Origin: a virus
Lineage: Duplodnaviria > Caudoviricetes
Reading direction: 5' to 3' (one strand)
Virus record (IMG/VR): IMGVR_UViG_3300030376_002994
Span: 1-43,821 of that record
DNA: 43,821 bases
The position numbers and the translations under genes were made by a program. Positions 9,144 to 16,462 of this stretch are shown here, piece after piece. Under the pieces are notes generated by a model, which worked only from the letters and a program-made list of their open reading frames with translations, ran no database searches and was not told the DNA's origin. Position 1 is the first letter of the stretch. Each line of letters begins with the position of its first letter.

Positions 9144-9458
9144 CTAGGCCATCGCTTTTCTTAACTTATTAAGTAAGCGTTGTCCTTTCTTTTTCATAGT
9201 TGTACTATCTGTAGGTGTACTAGCTAAATAGTAAAGGAAATGTCCTCTCTGCTTAGCTGGCATAGTTACAATGTCATAACCTTCAGCTCTAAGGTTAAAC
9301 AATGTACTACCAAATCTAGTACATCTAAGGTCGAAAACGAACTCACCATTACTAATAGGTTCTTCAAAACGATTTGTTTCTAAAGCCCACCTAATGAGTT
9401 CTTCTTTTGATTTAATATCTTCAGGAACAGTTATGCCCCTAAACGATTCTACTATCAT
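9144..9458 (-). CDS. winged helix-turn-helix protein (HTH_39-like)
   Basis: RFGSTLFNLRAEGYDIVT...Y matches the R-x6-LR-x2-G-Y-x-I-x-T pattern; AGGAG RBS. Confidence 0.7.
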   Translation of the reverse strand: MIVESFRGITVPEDIKSKEELIRWALETNRFEEPISNGEFVFDLRCTRFGSTLFNLRAEGYDIVTMPAKQRGHFLYYLASTPTDSTTMKKKGQRLLNKLRKAMA

Positions 9459-9539
9459 TTATTTCTCCTAATCTTCACCATATAATCTATACAACCTAAG
9501 TTGATACAGGTTAATATACGATGATTCTTTTTTTTAGAT

Positions 9540-9571
9540 TCTTGTAATAACTTGTTACAGTTGTTACAAGA
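9540..9571. promoter_or_regulatory. 12-bp inverted repeat built from TTGTwAyA units, candidate operator or terminator
   Basis: TCTTGTAATAAC-ttgttaca-GTTGTTACAAGA. Confidence 0.5.
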
Positions 9572-9572
9572 G

Positions 9573-10127
9573 TTATTGGTTATTCCCATCTAAGTTCCAT
9601 TCAGCAGGAACATCGGAATTATCTAGCCACCATGACTTTCTCCATTTACCTGTGTGACCACCGCATACTACAGGGTCATTAGTAGAACAAACAAAGTCTG
9701 GACTTTTGTCTGATTTTTTATTGTTTCTATTATCATAAACCATTTGTTTACAATAAGGACATTTTAAATCGTCACGAAACTTATTCTGATGTTCCATTTT
9801 AACGACTATCTTATCTGTTATGTTAGATATTCCAGCATCTGGTTCGGGTGTTATCTCAGTCACATCCCCCATTATACTAGATACTTTCTCTATGATATCC
9901 ATTTCTTCAAATTCTTTTTGATTAAATACTTCTGGCATATCTGCTAGTTTTTCTATATAATCAAAATATTTGCCTATTTGTACATCATTATAGTCAGTTA
10001 ATTTAACAGGAAACTTTCTTACTTTACCGTATTGTGCAGCAGATTGTAATATCTTTTGCTTAGTATCCTGTTGTTTACCTTCCAACATAGTACTTAAAGT
10101 TGTTCTTATAAAGTCTATGTCTTGCAT
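9573..10127 (-). CDS. protein with C-terminal Zn-ribbon / PDF-motif putative ssDNA-binding domain
   Basis: CPYC...YDNRNNK...PDFVC...C...W. Confidence 0.65.
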   Translation of the reverse strand: MQDIDFIRTTLSTMLEGKQQDTKQKILQSAAQYGKVRKFPVKLTDYNDVQIGKYFDYIEKLADMPEVFNQKEFEEMDIIEKVSSIMGDVTEITPEPDAGISNITDKIVVKMEHQNKFRDDLKCPYCKQMVYDNRNNKKSDKSPDFVCSTNDPVVCGGHTGKWRKSWWLDNSDVPAEWNLDGNNQ

Positions 10128-10669
10128 TAGAAAGGTGCTTCCGCAATAGTCCCATCATCATTTAATAACAAGTCATCCATTGGTCTTGGCTCTGGGTTTG
10201 GAACTTTGTTCTCTTTTAAACGCATGTCCTTTTTAGTGACTTCAACTGAAGCTTCTCTAGCTGTTTCTGCAGCATACTCTTCTTCAGTCTGTGTTGAACC
10301 TGACCATAGTTCTACACCTAAACCAAATCTCATACAAGCTCTCTTGAATGCATCTGATTCTGCGTCTTTTAGATTTGTGCCATCATTAAACTTCTCATTG
10401 TTTAATTTGAAGGTATCTATATCTCCGAATCCGTCATAGCTTCCCATGTCTTCTATCGTTATAGTCCCTTTAGCACCTACAATACGGTTCTCACCGTTAT
10501 GTGTTCCATATATTGGTTCACATGTCCAACTGTATTTAAGGCCACTATCTCTTAACCTTTCTACATAATTAGCATGTGGTACATAGTCTCCGAACTTCCC
10601 AGCTGGTGCTTTTCGCACCAAATTACTAGGAAAAGGAGACAATAGTTTACCGGTATCTATTTTTACCAT
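10127..10669 (-). CDS. Rad52/22-family (Sak-like) single-strand annealing protein
   Basis: LLSPFP...YVPHANYVERL...W, LKDAESDAFKRACMRFGLGVELW; acidic tail ending APF. Confidence 0.85.
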   Translation of the reverse strand: MVKIDTGKLLSPFPSNLVRKAPAGKFGDYVPHANYVERLRDSGLKYSWTCEPIYGTHNGENRIVGAKGTITIEDMGSYDGFGDIDTFKLNNEKFNDGTNLKDAESDAFKRACMRFGLGVELWSGSTQTEEEYAAETAREASVEVTKKDMRLKENKVPNPEPRPMDDLLLNDDGTIAEAPF

Positions 10670-10686
10670 AATTTCCTTCCTATATA

Positions 10687-10732
10687 TTATAAAAGAGAAT
10701 AAACATTTGGTATCCGTTAGGATACCTTCACT
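10687..10732 (-). promoter_or_regulatory. hairpin-containing promoter-like cassette, copy 1
   Basis: Plus strand TTATAAAAGAGAATAAACATTT-GGTATCC-GTTA-GGATACC-TTCACT; TATAAT on the minus strand upstream of the annealase RBS. Confidence 0.7.
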
Positions 10733-10736
10733 TATT

Positions 10737-11795
10737 CTATATATCTTCTAACTTAACTAAGTATTCTGCAGTCACACCAGTACCGTCTTTACAAAACAGT
10801 AACCACTGACATGGCCTGCCCATACTAGCTAGTTGTTCTAATGCATATGTGTTATAACTCTCTGTAGAACCATTAACCCATAACCTTATATCATTAAGAT
10901 ACATTGTTGTAGGTGTATGAAAATGGCCTGCAATAGCGTTATCAAAGTCTGGCATAAGACCGTTAGCTGCTAATGTTTTCCAACCTTGTAGCTTCTTACC
11001 GAAACCATACCATGGAAATCCACTAAAACCTCTTACATTGTCTCCGTGCCATAATAAAAACTTACATTCTTTACCTAAATTAGCTATGTCAAACCAATGG
11101 TTATCTCCTGTACTATCAGGTATTGTAAATTTTATACGCTTTTCATCTCTAAATATCATCTTCATTATGTTACCTAGCATCCTATCAGCGTTAGAATCTG
11201 GATGATAGTCTTTACGACTACGACCACCTAAATGGCCATGATTACCTATAACCCAATGAACATCTACTTCATTAAAGTTAGCAAGTAATATATCAAGGAA
11301 CTTACCTATAATTCTAGGGCCGTCAACAGTAACTTGTTTGTATAAACTGCTGTCAATTAAATGTGATTGGCCTGGAAAAATAAGCTCACCTTCTATAATA
11401 TCTCCAACTGCAAACACTGCAACTTTATTAACAGGATGAGATTGTCTTTGTAGATTAGTAATGTCAACTATCTTATGTGCATAAGCTATTACTCTTTCTT
11501 CTGCTACTTCTGAGTTATAATCAGGTGTAACTTTAGCAAGTTGTATGTCACTTAATACTGCAATAGCTATTTCTTCATCCTTAGTTTTCTTTAAGTTGCG
11601 TGGCTTTGGTATAGAAGGTTTGTCCCAAGTCCGAAGATTGGCCGATACTGCCTCATAAACGGCATCAACCATATCTTCTTTCTTCTTTTTGGCCTTCTCA
11701 AGTTGCTTTAATATATTTAAATTATCTTTTTTTAAATCTTGAACGACTTGAGATTCAATTTCAACCATTAATTTATCAATATCCTTCTTAGGCAT
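10737..11795 (-). CDS. calcineurin-like metallophosphoesterase
   Basis: LSDIQ, GDIIEG, GNHG, WHGD, GHFH motifs; N-terminal coiled coil. Confidence 0.9.
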   Translation of the reverse strand: MPKKDIDKLMVEIESQVVQDLKKDNLNILKQLEKAKKKKEDMVDAVYEAVSANLRTWDKPSIPKPRNLKKTKDEEIAIAVLSDIQLAKVTPDYNSEVAEERVIAYAHKIVDITNLQRQSHPVNKVAVFAVGDIIEGELIFPGQSHLIDSSLYKQVTVDGPRIIGKFLDILLANFNEVDVHWVIGNHGHLGGRSRKDYHPDSNADRMLGNIMKMIFRDEKRIKFTIPDSTGDNHWFDIANLGKECKFLLWHGDNVRGFSGFPWYGFGKKLQGWKTLAANGLMPDFDNAIAGHFHTPTTMYLNDIRLWVNGSTESYNTYALEQLASMGRPCQWLLFCKDGTGVTAEYLVKLEDI

Positions 11796-12030
11796 TATCT
11801 CTCTCCAATCGTTGCAAATATCGTCTCATTGCTGATTCAGATATGACAATACCATAGTTTTCTTCAAGTAATCTTGATACAACATATGGTCTCATCTTAA
11901 CTTTTTCTTTTACTACCCTGTCTTTTAAAGCAATCCAAAAAGGTTCTGCGTCTGGCGTAATTTTGCCTTCAACATAATTACCTTTTTTTCCGTTATGTGC
12001 TTCATCAAGCATGTCATTTATATTTACCAT
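11788..12030 (-). CDS. small HTH-like protein, leaderless; start moved to MVNINDML
   Basis: VVSRLLEENYGIVISESAMRRYL; the longer ORF-track start runs through the RNA gene. Confidence 0.7.
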   Translation of the reverse strand: MVNINDMLDEAHNGKKGNYVEGKITPDAEPFWIALKDRVVKEKVKMRPYVVSRLLEENYGIVISESAMRRYLQRLERDNA

Positions 12031-12037
12031 ACAGATA

Positions 12038-12065
12038 AGTATAGTAGATTTGAGATGTATGTAAA
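12038..12065 (-). promoter_or_regulatory. sigma70-type promoter
   Basis: TTTACA-16 nt-TATACT, 7 nt before the ATG at 12030. Confidence 0.65.
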
Positions 12066-12081
12066 TGATTAAAGAAGAAAT

Positions 12082-12159
12082 TGGTGGAGGTGGCCGGAAT
12101 CGAACCGGCGTTGGCATAAACAACGGGCAGCTGTTATATGCTCTAACCTGGACACCCCC
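12082..12159 (-). ncRNA. mini-tmRNA-like RNA: tRNA-like domain only, Ala acceptor identity, no D-stem, no mRNA-like domain
   Basis: GGGGGTG/CACCTCC acceptor with G3:U70, discriminator A, encoded CCA; T-arm GCCGG-TTCGATT-CCGGC; 11-nt stemless D-loop TCCAGGTTAGA; single 10-11 bp hairpin in place of the tmRNA body. Confidence 0.85.
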
Positions 12160-12166
12160 AACAGAT

Positions 12167-12228
12167 GGAATACCGTGCTTAAGGTCGGAAAGGAGTACAA
12201 CCCACTGTTGCCAGTTGCACGGTACTCC
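12167..12228 (-). ncRNA. three-way-junction small RNA with GCAA tetraloop and anti-SD loop
   Basis: P1 GGAGTACCGTGC/GCACGGTATTCC; P2 ACTG-GCAA-CAGT; P3 GGTTG-TACTCCTTTC-CGACC; G:U pairs favour the minus strand. Confidence 0.7.
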
Positions 12229-12243
12229 TAATATTATCCTTCC

Positions 12244-13755
12244 TTATACTAGCTGATTTAATTGTAAAGCAAAGTGTTTTACTTCATCTATATCTGCTAG
12301 TCTCGTTATTCCTGAACGCTTGCATATTTCTATACAATCTTTTAATAAGTTAGTTGAGTTCTCATTATGTAATCCAAATACATACATATCACTCACCCAT
12401 ATTCTTTTTTGTGGTTGTTTAGATAGCCATTGCAAAGCAGGGCCATCAACTAAGTTACCACCGCCAGTCCATCTATCTAAATAGTCTTGACTAACTCTCT
12501 TACCATTGCGTCCTATAATTCTTAACGCACCTGATTCCCATGTTCCACCTCTATCGTTATACATAGCTATAGTAACTGCAGGAAGCAGTTGCATTATTTC
12601 TAGTATATCTTCGCCACTAAAGGACATAGAACCTGACGCATCTATTAGTATCGTTCCACCATATACTCTTTGTTTTTGTTTGAATACTTTTTTATCCACA
12701 CACCAACGATTCATATACTTTGGATTTACACCGTAATCCATAGGTCTATATTCTCTACCACCTTTAATCTTCGATTGTAAATTAACACTAAGATGTGGTT
12801 TAAATATATCCATTTTACCCCATTTACCCATATTATTTGGGTCTGGTACATAGTGCATATTCCCACCATCGTTAGCTTTCGAAAATATATCTTCTTTGTT
12901 ACGGTTATTTAATTCATCAAGAGTCATTTCATCAAATTCACCTTCTTGTGGTGACTTAGCTTCCATAGTTTTCTTATTAGCAGATAAAGCTTTTTCTTTA
13001 GCTTCTTTAGCTTTGCGTGCTGACTCTAATACCTGATGTTCTTCAGGTTTTTCATTAAATTCGTCCATTAATTTATTTAAAATTAATGCAGCCTTTCTAG
13101 TTTTGGTATACTTACTAGTTTTTCTACCATATCCTCTCGTATAACTAATTATTCTATACAAATTTAATGCTTGACTATATGCAAAATTCATTTGCTGTAG
13201 TCTAAGCTTAGTCATTTGATTTGGATGGTTTGGAAAGTCCTCTTGCATAGACAAGAGTTCTTTCATCGATTGTAAAATTGCTGCATCTTCTAAGCTATCA
13301 TTTTTGGCATAATAATATCTGTTACTATTACTTGGTTTCATATTCATTAGCATCCAAGCAGTCATTTCAAATACTGAACCGTTATAAAAAACACTTTCTG
13401 TATGTTCTAAAAACTTAGAAGGACATATTGTCCAATCATCAATCACTACATCCATAACAGATAAGTTATAATTAACACGAACTTCTTCGCATATTTCTAC
13501 ACATTTTTCTGATTCGTTTTCTTTTAACTTACCTATAGTTTTAGGACTCCACTTAGCATGGCCAAGTTCATGTCTTCTAATCATTTTGTTATGGTCACTA
13601 CCACACAATATACATATCTCATCACTTGTAGGTACATACATTTCGTGTGATAGGTTAGATGTTCTAGGTTGAGTTGTATCTTCAAATATTTTCCAAGGTC
13701 CCTCTCCAGATGCTATTTCTGGAAAGGGTATCTTGTTACTCTTCTTCTTGTACAT
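12244..13755 (-). CDS. CobT-like VWA protein with N-terminal HExxH metallopeptidase-like domain
   Basis: RRHELGHAKWS...EEVRVN; MIDAS motif ILIDASGSMS; VSD. Confidence 0.85.
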   Translation of the reverse strand: MYKKKSNKIPFPEIASGEGPWKIFEDTTQPRTSNLSHEMYVPTSDEICILCGSDHNKMIRRHELGHAKWSPKTIGKLKENESEKCVEICEEVRVNYNLSVMDVVIDDWTICPSKFLEHTESVFYNGSVFEMTAWMLMNMKPSNSNRYYYAKNDSLEDAAILQSMKELLSMQEDFPNHPNQMTKLRLQQMNFAYSQALNLYRIISYTRGYGRKTSKYTKTRKAALILNKLMDEFNEKPEEHQVLESARKAKEAKEKALSANKKTMEAKSPQEGEFDEMTLDELNNRNKEDIFSKANDGGNMHYVPDPNNMGKWGKMDIFKPHLSVNLQSKIKGGREYRPMDYGVNPKYMNRWCVDKKVFKQKQRVYGGTILIDASGSMSFSGEDILEIMQLLPAVTIAMYNDRGGTWESGALRIIGRNGKRVSQDYLDRWTGGGNLVDGPALQWLSKQPQKRIWVSDMYVFGLHNENSTNLLKDCIEICKRSGITRLADIDEVKHFALQLNQLV

Positions 13756-14509
13756 TTTTCAAACTAGTATCGTTAACATTCACATCAGATAATTTGATAG
13801 CGTCCAAAAGTTCACTACCTCTTTCACCGAATATCAATTCAGCTGCCATTTTCATGCCAACACCTTTTTGTTGTAACTCAAAGTATTCTCTCCAAGCTCT
13901 AACAGATATTCTTTCTTCCATATCTTCTGATAATGATGTATCACTTATTACTTGATGCCAAGTTTTAGGAAACATACTTAATGCCATAGGATGTATGGTA
14001 TCAACATGTATCTTCACTGGGAACCTATCTTTAAGTGCCATTGGTAGGCTCTCTGGTAGGCTGTTAGTAGTAGCAATAACATTAAAACCTTTCTTAGGTC
14101 TTACTGTTTCTTTGTCGTCATTATTTAATGTCAACTGTGCTATATCTTTGTCATCAAGTATAGCATGCAAGAATGTCATAGCATCAGGACTAGCGTGGTC
14201 AATCTCATTGACTACTAGTCTTCCACCTTTTCTCCATGCTTGTATAGCAATACCGTCATGCCATTCAAATCCACCATCTGAGTTAGGCTTATAAAAGCCT
14301 TCAAGGTTTGCACTAGCAGTGTCCTCTGTCATGGTTATTTGATATACATTAGGTTCGCCTTGTAGGTTTAATCCTACTTTATTGGTTGCAGCAGCATATG
14401 TTTTACCAGTTCCTGGTGGCCCATATAGTAATATTCTATCGCTATTACCAATTGCTGTCTTTACTTTGTCCCAACAAGTTACTACTTTCGTAGCTGTATC
14501 TTCACTCAT
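13736..14509 (-). CDS. MoxR/CobS-type AAA+ ATPase (AAA_5)
   Basis: Walker A GPPGTGKT, Walker B variant LVVNEID, IATTN, ALKDRF; start moved to MSEDTATK (RBS GGGAG). Confidence 0.92.
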   Translation of the reverse strand: MSEDTATKVVTCWDKVKTAIGNSDRILLYGPPGTGKTYAAATNKVGLNLQGEPNVYQITMTEDTASANLEGFYKPNSDGGFEWHDGIAIQAWRKGGRLVVNEIDHASPDAMTFLHAILDDKDIAQLTLNNDDKETVRPKKGFNVIATTNSLPESLPMALKDRFPVKIHVDTIHPMALSMFPKTWHQVISDTSLSEDMEERISVRAWREYFELQQKGVGMKMAAELIFGERGSELLDAIKLSDVNVNDTSLKNVQEEE

Positions 14510-14520
14510 TGTTCTCCCTT

Positions 14521-14838
14521 CTAGAATGTGTTGTTCACATCCTGTAGCTTTACAAAACGACAATATATTTCTACAATGCCGTCTTCATTTTTCCTTTGTT
14601 TGACTTCAAACATACCTTTATCTTTAAGATGTCTGATATTAGTTTGAGTCATATTTTCTATATTTTGTTTAACACCTGATATCCAATTAGTAGATTCAGC
14701 TATCATATACCATTCATTAGGTGTAGATAGTAATGTTTCTACTTTATCATCTGTTAAAATTGTAGGTGTTTTACCTTTCCTACTATGATTAGAAGCCGGT
14801 GGCGTTTTTCGTACTAATTTGTTACTCTGTATCGCCAT
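14521..14838 (-). CDS. hypothetical protein
   Basis: ORF in operon, overlapping upstream gene. Confidence 0.7.
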   Translation of the reverse strand: MAIQSNKLVRKTPPASNHSRKGKTPTILTDDKVETLLSTPNEWYMIAESTNWISGVKQNIENMTQTNIRHLKDKGMFEVKQRKNEDGIVEIYCRFVKLQDVNNTF

Positions 14839-15397
14839 CGTTTTCCTCAGTTTGTTCTTTAAGCCATTCCTCTGCCATACTAGCTGTATGTTCAGAATGA
14901 TTTATAACTTCATTCATTGACCTGTTAATCATTGAATCTTCATTATCTTTCATAACTACTTGTATGCTAGTTGGTTCGCTAAAGAACATACGATTGAACA
15001 TACCACTATTACCCATATTGTGTAATATTGTATGTTGTTCTTGATAACTTTTATCGTCACTTACTCCAGATATCCAACCTGTCATTAAGCAAGCTTTACG
15101 ATACGCATCAATTCTCATTGCCGCATCAATTGCTTCTCTAGGTCCTACTGCTGTTATTTCATATCTAGATGCAACTTCATCAAGTTCTGTTAAGTTAAGA
15201 AACTTATCATCCCAAAATGATACATGTTCATCATCTCTTTGATATGTCATTACTACGATAAAGTCATACAATTTACTATTAGGTAAAACGATATTATCTC
15301 TATATCCAAACATAGCTTTTGTTATAAAGTCATCCTCATTGCAATCATGGTCACCACACTCACAATGTTCATCCTTATCTTCATATTCTTCAGTCAT
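14822..15397 (-). CDS. acidic hypothetical protein with N-terminal HCECGDHDC motif
   Basis: ORF in operon. Confidence 0.7.
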   Translation of the reverse strand: MTEEYEDKDEHCECGDHDCNEDDFITKAMFGYRDNIVLPNSKLYDFIVVMTYQRDDEHVSFWDDKFLNLTELDEVASRYEITAVGPREAIDAAMRIDAYRKACLMTGWISGVSDDKSYQEQHTILHNMGNSGMFNRMFFSEPTSIQVVMKDNEDSMINRSMNEVINHSEHTASMAEEWLKEQTEENDGDTE

Positions 15398-15698
15398 ATA
15401 TTTTCCCTTCTTCTACTTCCCAAGGTTCAAAGTTAGCGTGACATCTTTCACACCACCATAATTCTGAATTGTCATCGTCAAATAGTAAATCACCATTACA
15501 TAATGAACAATAGAATCCTTCGGGTATTTCTTCTTTGGTTACAAGTGCAAGCATATCTTCTATAATACGCTGCTCTATAAGCAGCTGTTTATTGTTATAC
15601 TTCCACCATTTAATAATATTATAATTGAAATCACTTAATCTTATATAGACTTGTAAGTAGAATCGTTTATAATCGTTATATGTCATCCTCATTGTCAA
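15390..15698 (-). CDS. hypothetical protein with C-terminal Zn ribbon
   Basis: CSLC...WWCERC. Confidence 0.65.
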   Translation of the reverse strand: MTMRMTYNDYKRFYLQVYIRLSDFNYNIIKWWKYNNKQLLIEQRIIEDMLALVTKEEIPEGFYCSLCNGDLLFDDDNSELWWCERCHANFEPWEVEEGKIYD

Positions 15699-15891
15699 CC
15701 TTAATTTCTATTAAGTCAATTGAATGACTATCAAAAGTAAACAACTCATTGTTATCAGCTAGTTTCACAAGCTCATCAACTTGTTCGTCTATCTGTTCAG
15801 TAGTTGTTTCTTCCGGGAATGTAAATGTAACTACCACATCTTTATCCCATCCTTTTTTCATTGGATTCTCATAAACATATGCTTCACTCAC
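15676..15891 (-). CDS. acidic hypothetical protein
   Basis: GTGA overlap, AGGAGG RBS. Confidence 0.7.
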   Translation of the reverse strand: MSEAYVYENPMKKGWDKDVVVTFTFPEETTTEQIDEQVDELVKLADNNELFTFDSHSIDLIEIKVDNEDDI

Positions 15892-16091
15892 TGTTCCTCC
15901 TTTTTTGCCTGATAGTTAAGTTCATTAAGAACTAATAACCTTAACCTGGCATGCTTAATCTGATTGTGTACTTTTATTTCTTCTACAATTTCATTACCAC
16001 TAAACTTTTCATAATCATTATTAATATCTTTAATAATTTTAATTAATGAACCTTTAGGTAGCAATTCTAATTGTTCGTCTAAAATAGCCAT
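15888..16091 (-). CDS. hypothetical protein; start moved to MAILDEQ
   Basis: GAGGAG RBS; the longer start lies inside a structured RNA. Confidence 0.65.
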   Translation of the reverse strand: MAILDEQLELLPKGSLIKIIKDINNDYEKFSGNEIVEEIKVHNQIKHARLRLLVLNELNYQAKKEEQ

Positions 16092-16116
16092 AACACTCCT
16101 CTCTCTATCTTTTTTT

Positions 16117-16232
16117 ATAGATAGCTCGTAACACACGATTCGTTTGCAAGCGTGGATTTTCAACCACAAGCTGTTTTTACTTGCATTCTTCTATTCTTTC
16201 CAAATAGCATTTGTGTGCTACAAGCTACCTAT
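16117..16232 (-). ncRNA. structured RNA element A (20-bp closing stem)
   Basis: ATAGGTAGCTTGTAGCACAC/GTGTGTTACGAGCTATCTAT with 3 G:U; internal CTATT/AATAG, TGCAAG/CTTGCA and GTGG-TTGAAAAT-CCAC stems. Confidence 0.7.
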
Positions 16233-16272
16233 TTCAGTCATATTGCAGCAGGGTTACAACAATATTCTTACT

Positions 16273-16400
16273 ATAGATAGCATGATATGCTCAAGGGAAA
16301 GTATGTTAGGCCACAAAGGAGGCAGCTAATGATTAACTGTCTTAGTTACTTACCTTCATACTTTTTAGCGTATAAACCTCAAACATATCATGCTACCTAC
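16273..16400 (-). ncRNA. structured RNA element B (24-bp closing stem)
   Basis: GTAGGTAGCATGATATGTTTGAGG/CCTTGAGCATATCATGCTATCTAT with 5 G:U; internal AAAGTATG/CATACTTT and CAGTTAA/TTAGCTG stems; contains CCTCCTTT. Confidence 0.7.
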
Positions 16401-16462
16401 AACTATATTCGCAAAGTAGATATTTATTTATACTTCTGTTGTAGATAGCACTGCTAGTTACA

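Noticed and set aside
12082-12110. tmRNA 3' end as an attP integration site
   Set aside because: No integrase is visible, and the matching 5' acceptor strand and D-loop are present, which an attP fragment would not need. Not excluded if the assembly gap holds an integrase.
12082-12159. Ordinary tRNA-Ala or tRNA-Gly
   Set aside because: No D-stem can be formed, and acceptor identity (Ala) and loop triplet (GCC) disagree.
12065-12256. 63-aa plus-strand ORF, and the N-terminal extension of ORF 11788-12123
   Set aside because: Both overlap the tRNA-like and three-way-junction RNAs; a promoter supports the start at 12030.
16144-16329. 61-aa plus-strand ORF
   Set aside because: Antisense to the early operon, TTG start with no RBS, and lies across the structured RNA elements.
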